From: Lytechinus pictus
Lineage: Eukaryota
Reading direction: 5' to 3'
DNA length: 64,000 bases
NCBI RefSeq assembly: GCF_037042905.1
Contig: NC_087245.1
Span: 31,868,001-31,932,000 of the forward strand
In this document: positions 25,972 through 37,879 of the stretch, in pieces
Layout of the letters: each line of letters opens with the position of its first letter
How positions within the stretch are numbered: position 1 is the first letter of the stretch
Notes under the pieces: generated by a model
What the model was told of the DNA's origin: nothing
The model's input: only the letters and a program-made list of their open reading frames with translations
Database searches by the model: none
Made by a program: the position numbers and the translations under genes

Positions 25972-28113
25972 CCCTCACCCTCGTCCACACACGCTCATCC
26001 CTCAGACCCTCACACGCACACGCCTCACTTTGAACATAAAGAACTCCCTTCAAAAAAATACCTCACACTGCCCCTTTGCAATCAGGTTTTCATTCATCGC
26101 CTTCGCATATGGTTTGCTTATGTGTTTATGCCAAGAGTTAGTCAAACACGGAGTCAGTAATGAGGGGGAAACGTCACTGGATCTTTCTGCGTGATCAATC
26201 AATGTAAAGAAGGAGTTTATTTTGTTTGAGCCTGCTCGTTCGTACCAGAGACTAAGCAGAACGGAAAAACGTAACAATATGTGACATGTTCGAGATGTTT
26301 GGGCCACCAAGGTCGATTCAAGTTTTTTTTTGACATGACATTTTATAGGCCATCGAGGACTCTTTTACAGAGTAGATTATGTTTCTCATAACGTGAAATT
26401 CAAGTCTATCATTCTGGACACGAAGCAGTGAATTTCATATTAATTCTGGGTACATTACACATGTGATAATAATGATTCGCCGTGTTTTATTCTTATCATT
26501 TCTAAAATTTCTTGCAGCCCGGGTTTGGTTTCGATGTTATTTAATTTTTCATCAGAGCCAGGTGCACGCTATACGCGATCCGATTACACTCCGATTTTAG
26601 AAAAAAATGGAATATCAATTGATATGAATATTCCAACCTGTAAAACATCAACGATCAAAACAAGAATAAAAAATATCAAATATAGATACAGATTTAAGAA
26701 GAAGGCTCAATGACTGTTTTACTAGGCGCCTCGAATTCACCGAAGAATCATTTGACTTTTCCGTCCATTAGACGCTTTAAGAAACACCAGATTGCCCGTA
26801 TCCAAAACCATATATTGACGCCACTGATCACTAAGTGCTCCAGCCTCAAGCCAGTAAAGGTACCTGATTAAAAGGAACAAAAAACCCCACTTAAAGTGGT
26901 ACTTCAGATACAAGAAGCATTTTGACCCCCTTTGTAAAACAGAAAATGAAATAAAATGATCACTCTTTCAAAATATTTCAATGAATTTCTCCCTAAGGGG
27001 ATTTTTTTTAGTTGCCCTTTTGATTTTTGTGTTGATTTGAAAGTAGCGAATGTTTAGCTCCAAGCAAAATTACTCAAAGTGAATCCGCAAATGTGATTAA
27101 AATGGAAGATAGTAGATGTTTCTTACCGAAAGAGGGACATACAACATGAACTAGAGATTTTTTATACGGTTTACTTCTTTTTCTCTCTCCTAAAAACGTA
27201 CAAATATTTAATGACATTTTTCTTTTCAAGCTTGTCAGAACATACTTAGATTATTACAATATTAATTTGTAACTAATTGATTTTACAATCGAGAGGAAAA
27301 GAAAATTGCCATGTTGTTTAAGTGCTTATAAAACAAAGGGGAAACAAACTGGCCAGCATTGTAAGGTCTCTAATTGTCTGTGTGTAAAAAAACCCCAGCC
27401 ATTCTTTTGAGAAAACTATTAATAAGACAGAGAATGGATTAGACAATGATTTTATTTGTGTAGAGAAACTAAAATGTTTTGAGAGGAAATTACATTTTTA
27501 ACTACTTAGTATCATAATTATTGCGGTATGAATGTATTGGTTGGTTTGTTAGAATTCAAGTTGTCCAAGGCCTGGTGTACAAGACTACACTGAACAGAAA
27601 TTTCATGGGGAGGGGGGTAAACATGTTGTACAGTGATACAACTGCTCCAAACAACCTCGAGCCTGAAGATGATTGTTGTTGGAATCTGGTTACCATCTAC
27701 TGCCATCAAGCGGCAGTAAAGTGACAGTTTGTTTTCATCGCTGTCCAACCATTTACAGTATATACAATCAACACATCATATTTTTTTTTTATATTACGTA
27801 TACCATGGAGCTTCCAGGCGTATACATATGGCATCCATTTCCGCAGCCTCATTGAATCGAAAAAAAAATGACATCTTACTTCTTCGCATTTAGAACAAAT
27901 TGATGAAATAACTTTATGTACATGTACACAAAAATAACACTAAATTGGTGAAGGTTAGCTAAATATCATTTTGTTTTCATCAAACCTTTTTATAGATATT
28001 CCGATCTGTATTATCATGTACGTTACTCTTTTGCTACGATAGTGGTACGACAGTCGACGAAAATGGGAGTTTGAAAGTTTTATAAAGCATCTTGATTTTT
28101 CTTTAATATACGA

Positions 28114-28314
28114 GGACAATTCCATGAAATTATCAACCTTTTTGTACGTCCGACCTCATTTTTCTCAATTCTTACTTCACTTCATAGACTGACCAAGTCA
28201 TGGTGCTTTGAGAACATTACGGACTGTCAAAAGAACAAGAAATCAGAGACAGAAAATTTCATGAAGGTCCCACATGATAATAGGGGTCGGACGTACATAT
28301 TTTATGGAATGCCC
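28114..28314. mobile_element. MITE with ISL2EU/Harbinger-like ends
   Basis: GGACAATTCCATGAAAT..TGTACGTCCGACC / GGTCGGACGTACA.ATTTTATGGAATGCCC. Confidence 0.7.
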
Positions 28315-29866
28315 ATATATCAAAAGGAATTATATAAACAATAATGGAAAGGAGTAGAAATCAATATTTTTTTTATATAGCAAGTCTATATTAAATCAAT
28401 TCAATTGATTTTGTAGAATAAATTTATAGTTTGTATGTATTGATAAGTAGGGTAACCAACATTTTGGGTATGGAGGCATGCGGATTGGCGATTGTTATGC
28501 GAAATGAAATGTTGGGTATACCTCGCAAATGACTCGAGTTTGTCTCGTTTTCTTCTGCATTCATTACTGTTAATGAAAACCCGTCAAAATATAAATGCAA
28601 AGTGTAAACATTTCATTACAGGATAAGGAGACAGAAATAACGTAATATACATATCTTATCCAGCTTTGTATAATTTCAAAAGAATGGTTTTCATTATAAG
28701 CAATAATGTTTCAAATGTGGTCAAGGGGACGTCATTGCGGTGGCTAATTCTTAAAACAGAGGGCGTATTATAATTACGAACGTAGTTGTAGCGAAAGCAG
28801 TTCTGAAATTGTGTAGTAAAACGTGACGCCTGTTCATACTAGGATTCTATCGAGTTATATAAAGTTGATTATGATAATAAATGTCCTTTCTTTGTAAATA
28901 AATAATCGCTAGTAATCAATAGAATTGTCATTCATGATAATTATTAACCACTTCTAATGATGATGCTACTTACATCAAGTTAAACCTGCGGTCATGCTCT
29001 TTGTAATGTTGGTTATTGAATGACGTCTTATTTTTTCCCCCGCAAATTACCGAAAGATTGCATTATTATTCCTTTTTTAAACTATAGATTAGCATTCAAA
29101 TTAACGATTGTGAAGTTTTGTTTTATTGTTTGTTTTATCTAAACACGGTCAAAATCGCTCGCTATCAACTGGTATTTTGTTAAAGCGAGTTTGTTGCAAA
29201 ATCATATATTCAAAACAAAACAAGCAGAATAATGATAATTCATTTTTAGATTAAACTCAGTTGTAATAAATGAAGTTGTCTTTAAAAGATGAAATGGAAA
29301 AAAAGGAAAGACAAACTGTTAAAATATTAATAGTGAAAAAGTAATGAAAATTATTAAATCAATAAGACGGTGGGTGAATCTATACTTCACTATGGCTTAC
29401 TTTCAAAGATGTTTTACAATTTCTTACAAAAAATCATGTTAAGAGAAATAAGTTAGTAAAGATGAAAGTTATTTCTGTTCTGTCCGGAGAAATTTGACAA
29501 GCAAAAAAAAAAATGTTTTCACTACAAAATATTGGTCATTTTGCTTACATATCTCCGTTTTTTAACACTTACAAGAATTCCAGGGGTTGTTGCCTATGGA
29601 GAATAATACACGCAGCACTCCCAGGGGAAATTGTTGGGGTGCTTAAGCATCCTCAATACCCCCCCCCCCCCCGCTTCCCAGTGCCATGGTAAACGGGCAA
29701 CGAAAATGTGTAGGACAATAAAGATCATCTTTTGCCTACATGTTGACAGATGTAACAGTCATGATGCTGTCATTCAAATATGCATAGAAAGATAGAAATT
29801 AGGAAATAAGAGAGAGAGGGGGCGGGGGAGATGGGGACGAGATGTTGAAAGAAAAGAGAGAAAGTG

Positions 29867-30102
29867 CACAGCAAAAACTGTGGTGTTAACCGGTGTACAG
29901 AGAGGACCACACCAGTTATTTTACACCGATGTTGAATTGGTGGTGTTAGTTTTACACCTATAGATGTCATTACAACACCTTTGGTTGTTACATTTACACG
30001 CTTTGGTGTTATTTTCAATCTCTAGGGTGTTTTAACACCTCGGGGTGTGGTCCTCTATTAACACCAACTGGTGTCAGTTTTAACACCGCAGTTTTTACAG
30101 TG
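29867..30102. mobile_element. CAC(A/T)G-type MITE, TG/TG 2-bp TSD (CMC/EnSpm-like)
   Basis: CACAGCAAAAACTGTGGTGTTAA / TTAACACCGCAGTTTTTACAGTG; inner agaggaccacacc / ggtgtggtcctct; many ACACC/GGTGT motifs. Confidence 0.85.
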
Positions 30103-30256
30103 TGGAATAGGAGATGAATATCGATAGGGGGGGGGGGTGGTGAGGGTGGAAATACAGTGATATAATTTTAAATTTTGTAGCATATAGTTATTGATATAAT
30201 GGCACTCAAGATTACTGTACAATAAAAAGCAACAAGATATTGAAAATAGGCGTATA

Positions 30257-31622
30257 CAGTGCGTATCAAAAAAAAGTTTACACACATACCCTTTTTACAC
30301 AGGATTTTCTTAACCCCGGACTATCGCTAACCCCGTACTATCCTTAACCCCGTACTATTATTTTTCCTTTTCACACATGCCAAATTGTTATCGCTAACCC
30401 CGGATAAGGAATGCTTGCTTTTCACACACGAAACTCGCTAACCCCGGACTAGTGGTTTTTGTCGATCATTCGTAGTACAAGTACTTCACTCGTACCTTTT
30501 TACACACGCTAAAATTTCCTTAACCCCGTACTATAGGTGGGGCTAAATTGCCATTTAGCCCCACCTATAGTACGGGGTTAAGCTTAGCCCACTTTCGTTT
30601 TACACTAGCGATCTTAACCCCGTACTATCGCTCTTAGCACCGCAATTGCTGGGATAACCCTGCTTTTTTGCAGGGCCAAATAATCCCGTACTAAAGGTGG
30701 GGTTAGCCCACTTTGCAAAAATGCTGTGTAAAAAGAAAGTGGGCTAAGCTTAACCCCGTACTATAGGTGGGGCTAAATGGCAATTTAGCCCCACCTATAG
30801 TACGGGGTTAAGGAAATTTTAGCGTGTGTAAAAAGGGTATTAGAAAAAATCCTGTAAAATTATACATTTGTAATATCCTGAAGATTTTTCCACATTTTAA
30901 CATTGGTACAGATCCATTCATTGACAAGCAAATGACGATATAACTGTCAAAAAATATTTCCGCTTGAGTGAGCACCACTTACTTTTGAAAAGTTAGTGAA
31001 AAATGATTTGTGCAGAACTCTGAAATAGTAATGCGAATAAAAGTAGACCTTAATCATGATGTAAACGTGGAATTTAGCTAGTAACATTGATTTGAAGATA
31101 TATTTTACCTTTTTTAACTTGTTTCCTTGCCCAAAACACTTCGAAGAGTGCATTACGCCCCACCTCACTCCCCCACACACCGAGGCCATCGTGACAATAT
31201 TTGCTTTACACTGAGCTGTGAATTACATGAAATGGCTTAGGCTTGATTTTCATTTTGTTAATCATTGTCAAGCTTGGGAAAAGTGTGGAGAAACAAGTAT
31301 TAAATGAAAAATGAAATGTAAACCCACTTTGAATTAAAAAACCTTAGTGAAACATTGCTGGAGATGTCTGATACAAACTTTTGATTAGATTCAGTTATGT
31401 CCTCAGATCCAGCTGGAACAAAAAGGGTTAAGTTTGTGCTTACTAAGTGTTGAAATATTAATTTGGGTGGCAAAATTGTTACAAAATACTTGAATGTATC
31501 CGTTTTATTTCAATTGACTAAAAGTGCAAGGGAAATGTATGAGAAATATTTCGCAGAGTAATTTTGATTTCGCCCTTTCCCCTTGACACAGCGTGAAAAC
31601 GGGCATTTCTGCGCAAACAGAT
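30257..31622. mobile_element. Tc1/mariner-like non-autonomous element, interrupted by the 30287-30839 MITE and truncated at the 31623 fold-back
   Basis: TA-CAGTGCGTATCAAAAAAAAGTTTACAC start resumes as gaaaaaatcctg at ~30843, like the left end of 16941-17409; the distal part is homologous to that copy in reverse. Confidence 0.7.
30287..30839. mobile_element. Young MITE built from TAACCCCGTACTA repeats with nested palindromes
   Basis: Perfect terminal IR TACCCTTTTTACAC / GTGTAAAAAGGGTA; ~110-bp internal IR (30493-30605 vs 30726-30839). Confidence 0.88.
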
Positions 31623-31662
31623 TTCTTCAGGAGTTTACAATGTGTGGTATCAGATACCACAC

Positions 31663-31714
31663 ATTGTAAACTCCTGAAGAAGACGGAGGACCGTCGAAAA
31701 TTTGAGTAAACAAT
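31663..31714 (+). ncRNA. Minimal type-I hammerhead ribozyme motif (Penelope-like-element type)
   Basis: Core CTGAAGA (31674-31680) plus an extra A; stem II GACGG/CCGTC with AGGA loop; GAAA (31696-31699); palindromic AATT stem III; NUH site TTT (31701-31703); stem I ACTC/GAGT extended by ATTGT/ACAAT; AATAAA follows. Confidence 0.65.
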
Positions 31715-31791
31715 AAAAAAATTATTGGCAATCAAAGCATTATCTTCAGCATTATTTTGTTACCTTACAGAAGCCAATACGTGAAACTTTA

Positions 31792-31855
<64 letters not shown>
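31792..31855. repeat. (CA)n(TA)n compound microsatellite
   Basis: Visible directly. Confidence 0.95.
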
Positions 31856-31860
<5 letters not shown>

Positions 31861-32165
31861 CTAATTGGAACTCGCTTGAACGCGAGAGAGAGAGAGGTGG
31901 GGAGACAGAAGACGGGAGATAAAGAAAGAAGGAAAGAAGAGAAGCAAATTATGAGACGGGACTCAGAAATGTCCCGAACGACACGCAACATTTTCACCTC
32001 TAATTCACCCATGGACAACATATTTTTGTTGGTTGTCATTTTTTAATATGACTTTCCAGTATTACTTTATTATTACCACAAAACAAACTGAAGTTCTTCG
32101 TTTGTTTGGACATTAGGTTTAACAATGTTGTGAAAATGGCTGATTTTTCTAGTATGGAATCGCCC

Positions 32166-32259
32166 TACATTAAGTTCTAATCACAAGATTATGCCTGGGA
32201 CATAATGCTCTATAGGGTATTATGTCGCAGGCATAATCTTGTGATTATAACTTAATGTA
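32166..32259. repeat. 94-bp spacerless near-perfect palindrome, possibly a tiny TA-flanked MITE
   Basis: 47-bp arms with 43/47 Watson-Crick pairs. Confidence 0.85.
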
Positions 32260-32802
32260 TCGCATTGGTAGGACGTCGCACAAATAATTTAGATAAAATT
32301 GAAAATGCTTGACGTTATATAGATTAAAAGCGTATTACATTGGAGTATTGCTTCTCATGTTTCTTAGGTGACTTAAGATTAATTTCCCGGTGGATAAAGC
32401 GTAGTGTAATACAAACCGAAGGGGATGGCATGATTGCACCAGATTCCGGATTACAGTGTAAACCATAAGCTGGTGTTTACAAATAAAATGACAAAATGTT
32501 GTAGTAGCGTAGTGTTTCGGACTATCACAACATATTTTTGTTCATTCTTGTTCTATAATAATCACTTATTTTTATAAAACTATGCCCATTTTGTAAGTGG
32601 AATGTATTCTGGAAACTTCACCAGGCAAAACCAGTAATGCGGTCTATAATGTTTTATGACCAAAGTTAATTATGCATCATTCACTTTTGTTTTAAAGAAA
32701 AGTAAATCCATATTTTATTGTTCAAAAAAGAAGATACTACGAAAATTCATTTTGCCCAATTGATCGTGGGACCGGCAGCCTCTGTGCAGCGCCAGATAGT
32801 AT

Positions 32803-33302
32803 ACAAATAGCGAATAGGCATGAGTGCGATGGTGCGAGATTTCGCATGAGGTGAAAGAAAGATGCTCTATTCAACGAGGCGTTAGCCGAGTTGAATAGAG
32901 CGTTTCTTTCTTTCACCGAATGCGAAATCTCGCACCATTGCACGAATAAGAATATTCGCTATTTGTGTTGTACAACGCCTCGGAATTTAGCGAAAATATG
33001 AAAAAACAAGAGTTTTTCCCTGCAGTAATCTATGAAAAAGGAGCAAAATATTGCAAGCAAAAGGAAAATCCGACAAGCGCACATGCCCTTGGGCAGCATT
33101 GCGCATTTAGCCAGCAGGTTTATACGTGTATTGCACCTTCATTTTTTACTGAGCGCAATGAATGAAATCGTATTGTGACGTCATCTCCTAAAGCCGTGCA
33201 ACGGTACATTTTGGATGGTACGTCTTTTGTGCAACGGTACGAATGTTTGACATTCAGCCTCCCATTTGCTCGCGTACAACAAGCTAAGTAGGCGTTGTAC
33301 AA
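32803..33302. mobile_element. Non-autonomous element with two adjacent inverted-repeat pairs (Crypton-like)
   Basis: Long hairpin 32803-32966 centred on CGAGGCGTTAGCCGAG, then a second IR pair TTGTACAACGCCT (32968-32980) / AGGCGTTGTACAA (33290-33302); no TSD seen. Confidence 0.6.
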
Positions 33303-36300
33303 TAGATACGATACATTACCGTCGCTTTTGATTGAAATTATTTAAACAGTATTACGTCATTCATAATTTAGTATAAGTATTTTTCTAATATTTGGACTAC
33401 TAAGTTCAAACTAATTTCAATGGTTCTTGTTGCTTTTCCAACTCATAAATAGTGTACACTTGCACGACCCCTTTACTTAGAGTCAAGTCAAGGAGCAGTC
33501 CCACAAATTCTGTACAGATTGAAAAGAAATTAACGAATGGATTGAACGAGAAACCTACCATTGTGACGTCACCATTTATTTTACCGCCCTTTCTTGTTTT
33601 TTTCCGAGGCTTGCTCTGTAAATCCACCGGGAGAGACTCCCGACATCGGGATCAGTTATTATGCTTGTTCAATTCAAAGTCGGTCATTCTACACTAGCGA
33701 TCACTTAAGTGTTGATTTCCCTGAAAACGAAATCCATATCACCTTACGAGTCAAGTTACAATGAATGTTCGTTGAACTTTCGACACTACTTAAGTGCCCC
33801 CTCAACCTATCACCAGTTCTCTCTCTCTGTTTCTTTATCCCAATCTCTTTGTTCTTTTATTATTCTACAGCCTTCATTCTATCTCAGTGGGGTAATGAAC
33901 AAACAATATTGAGGGGCAGATATGGCGTATGGGGCAAAATTTATAAAAATCTATCACAGAGATCCAAATTTGTGATAAATTTTTGCATGATATTCGGAAA
34001 ACAATAAAATATTTCACCCTTCTCTTTTTCCTTTTTCTCTTTTTTTTATTAGTCGTGATATTTTATTATTATTATTATTTTTTTTTTTTTTTGGGGGGGG
34101 GGGCAAGAGCCCCAAGCCCCCATCTGTACGCCACTTCTCTATATCATCGTATAGCCTACCATCTCCCCCTCCACAGAATATTAACAAATACATAAAATCA
34201 AACAATCCTTCAATCTTATCTATTTGTAAAAAAACATCATGTCTTATTGAGTAAGATGAAATTTATTTGTTCTGACGTGGTCAATATTTTCAAATCCTTT
34301 CTTTCACTGTAGTCATCCGTTGATCAAATCTTTCAATGCCATTCTTCCAGACTTTAACCGTGATCAAAAGGTATCATCTTTTTGCCGTGACAAGGCAACG
34401 ATTCAAAAGACAGATCTTAAAATGATAACGCGTCTTTTGACATATCCGACATTTCCTTTCATGCTTGTTGCTTCTTACACCGAAGTCCACTTAAGTCCAC
34501 AAGGTCATGTTTGTGACTGTTCAAATAAAATCTATGTCTTTATAATAATAGAAACCATCGAACAGAATATGGCTGCTTCGGTCATCCTTACGTTGTATTG
34601 TGATGAGACTTCTTTCCAATACTTTGTCGTGTTTGGATATAGCATAGCCTCCATCCATAAATATTTTTACTGCTGAATCAAAGCCCCCCCCCCCCCTCTT
34701 CCACAATAAACATGAAATAAAAAGAATAAATAAATTAATAAATAAATAAACGATGATGATAAAATGTACTGTATGTGACAAGACGAAATATTTTTTTAAT
34801 TAACCTTCTTAGGAGAGACTGGCTATCACTGATGAGTATGATTGGCTTAGGAAACATTAATGTGCCCAACTCGGAAACTTTTGATAAAAAATCATAATTA
34901 CTAGGGGAATTGTCGTTCGTTAAAAAGTCATTATAGAGAGGTTATTAATGTTATTAAGATCAGCATATTTTATTGTTTTACAAGTATGAAAATATTGACA
35001 ATCTTACATGAAAAATAACAGAAGTCGGGGTACTCACCATGTAGTGTTTATAAGCACAGCGTAATACAAGAAAGATACTACAAGTCGTAGAAAAGGTACA
35101 ATGTATAAGTTTTGGTATAATATTCAAAATAGGACCGATAAAGTAAAGACCGACAGTAAGTGCATGGGATACAGACAATAAAAATGTATAGATATGCATT
35201 CAAAACAGCTAACTTTGGTAGAGGAAGTGTGGTATAAATGTAGAGAGATGAAAATGATGGAAAAAAAATTGAATTTGCAATAAGTTTTGCGACATTAATT
35301 GCTCACATTAACATGTTTTTACATCATATAGTAATTTCATGCACATAGTGATATTATAAGTTTTCTCTGTAGAATAAGGACTCATCTACTTATGAAGATG
35401 TATACGATATACGAGAAGATGAAACTAAGAGAAAGGACAAAGTGTATGAATTTTATGCATGATTTGAATATCTCTTATAATTACCCCATTTGGATAAACA
35501 ATCCCCTTTTCATTCCAAGTAGAAACAGTGTGGATATAACGAATGGTCATGTATAACTAATGAAATGACGTAAATTAAAAATCTTGAAAAAATTGTTCAA
35601 AAAAGGGTGAAACCCGACTCATAACCTTTCAGTTCGCCTCACTGTCGAGCAGCAGTGATGTGCAGTAGTCACACGCACACAAAACCGATACAGACCTATG
35701 AATGGTATTACATTATTACCATTGGCGTACCATCGGTCGGTTTGGAGTCAGTTTCGTTAGTGTGACTGAGGCAGTGTTAGTGAACCCTCGATATATTCGT
35801 TGAGGAAATATTTACGTAGTCTGATACACGTCGTAAAATCAAATCTAAATAATGGACACTTGAGATAAACTAGAACGTCACGATTTGGTTCAATGAGCAA
35901 CTTTGAAAACAGGTTTCCAGATTTAGTTTCACTTGAAGTTCAAGACTTTCGGTTACTCTATTTTTTAAGAGTCGGCAGTTTTAACTGAATGTACGGTTTT
36001 TTAATCAATATTTTAATATAAAACTGTTAATTACTTTATTACCCTAAATGTAGGCTCTTAACTCTTTTAAAGAGTGTGTGTGTATATGTTGGTGAGAGAG
36101 AGTAAGAAAATTAAATTAATTTTCTTACTCTCTCTCACCAACATAGACACACACACGCACACACACCCATACATCAGCAACCACGCACTATTTCCACACA
36201 CCCACACTGTCCTACATCAATCACTATCATTTCTTATTCAACTATTCCTCACCTATTTTATCTCTGTTATATACAGACACACATTCACGCACACACACCC

Positions 36301-36334
36301 TCACACACTTTTTGTTAACAGCTAAACTGATTAT

Positions 36335-36570
36335 TACCAAGAATGCTTAAATAATTCCCATTTATGTAATGTGGGATAAAAGAACTCAGTTGCCTTGCTT
36401 GCTCAAAGGAGGTTTAGTTAGTCCATGGACTAACTAAACCTTTGAGAATACCGGCCATAAAGTCAGGGGTTCGGTCCCCGACCACGGCACCTTTGCTCTT
36501 GAGCAAGCAAGGCAACTGAGTTCTTTTATCCCACATTACATAGATGGGAATTATTTAAGCATTCTTGGTA
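36335..36570. repeat. 72-bp inverted duplication enclosing a 32-bp perfect palindrome and a SINE box-B fragment
   Basis: Arms 36335-36406 and 36499-36570 (1 mismatch); AGGTTTAGTTAGTCCATGGACTAACTAAACCT at 36410-36441. Confidence 0.9.
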
Positions 36571-37879
36571 GTGTCTCGCCGGGCGCCAAAGATCATTCGA
36601 CCGCGCCACCCCCACATACACGCACACACACATACACCCACACACACACACCTGATTTTCATCTCGCAACCTTCGAACTTCCTATAATTTACATCGCTTT
36701 TTATATTCTTTTGCCCCACTACTACCCCCCCTCTATCTTTCCATCCCCCCTCTTTCTCTTGTCCTCCATTTCCTATTTCTAATGACGACACAAGTTGTTG
36801 AAATAACCGCTCGATAGGGTTACTAAGAACATGGAGTAAATATAGGTCCATGCTAAGAAAGAACGTAAAACTCGCTGCTACGATCATATTTCACTTCCTG
36901 TCAGAAAGCATCAACAATAGTGAAATAAAAGCTTTTCCAGCTAACCTTTTTTTTTAATCATTTCGAATCAGCTTTAAGAGGTTAATAAAGCTCAAAATGT
37001 ATATATTTGAAGATCAAAATAGCTTTGAATGATAATAAACTATTTCGAGGGATCTCGGGGGAAAAACAGATTGGCTATTAATGGCCAATCTAAAACGGGT
37101 CTATCCATGCGATATATAATTTTGTATTACATGCATTGAATTCAATAATTTGTTATATTTTATATATTTATTTGATCATGTAATGTTTATTTTGTTTATA
37201 TTTGTGTATTTTTTTAATCGTGAATAAAACCAAACCAAACCATTGCTAATCAAACGCTTTTCATTCATATCAAAGCGCTTTATATCGTAGTTAATATAGA
37301 ATATATAAAACACAAATGAAATTAAAATCATATATAATAAAAAAAAAAAACAATCAAAGAAAGTGTAATTAGAAATATGTCTAATTTGTCTTTTCCTGAA
37401 CAAGATAATGTTCTTCTGTGTCTAACAAACACACCCCAAAGCAATTTTCACTCTACTCATCAAAATATGCAATTTGCTTTTTATAACTCAATTTTATTTT
37501 TGAGTATGTAGTTTTAGATAACAGCTCAATATCAGATTAAGCTTACTTTGTGTCGGTTGACAAATAATGTAGGCATATGTCATTATATTTCAAAATATGT
37601 GAATACAAATAGATCAACTGTGATTGAAAGATAATATGAATAATGAATAGTTGAATAAAAATGAGAAACAAAAAAATAAAACATCGAATAGGAGGAATCA
37701 AGGGAACTCCCTGGTTTTTAAAAATATCAACACAATAGTACATTGACCCGTAAGTATGGCTACCAGTATCCATAGAATTTCATATCTGACATCAGCGCTG
37801 AATTAATCATGTAATTATGGTGAATTTTTTTACGGTCAACGACAGACAATGATTGAGTGTGTCTCGTTTAAAATTTGGC

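Noticed and set aside
26525-26560. Minus-strand CTGATGA...GAAA
   Set aside because: No stem II or stem I complementarity.
34320-34676. 118-aa ORF as an exon or transposase relic
   Set aside because: No recognisable motif in the frames I read on either strand.
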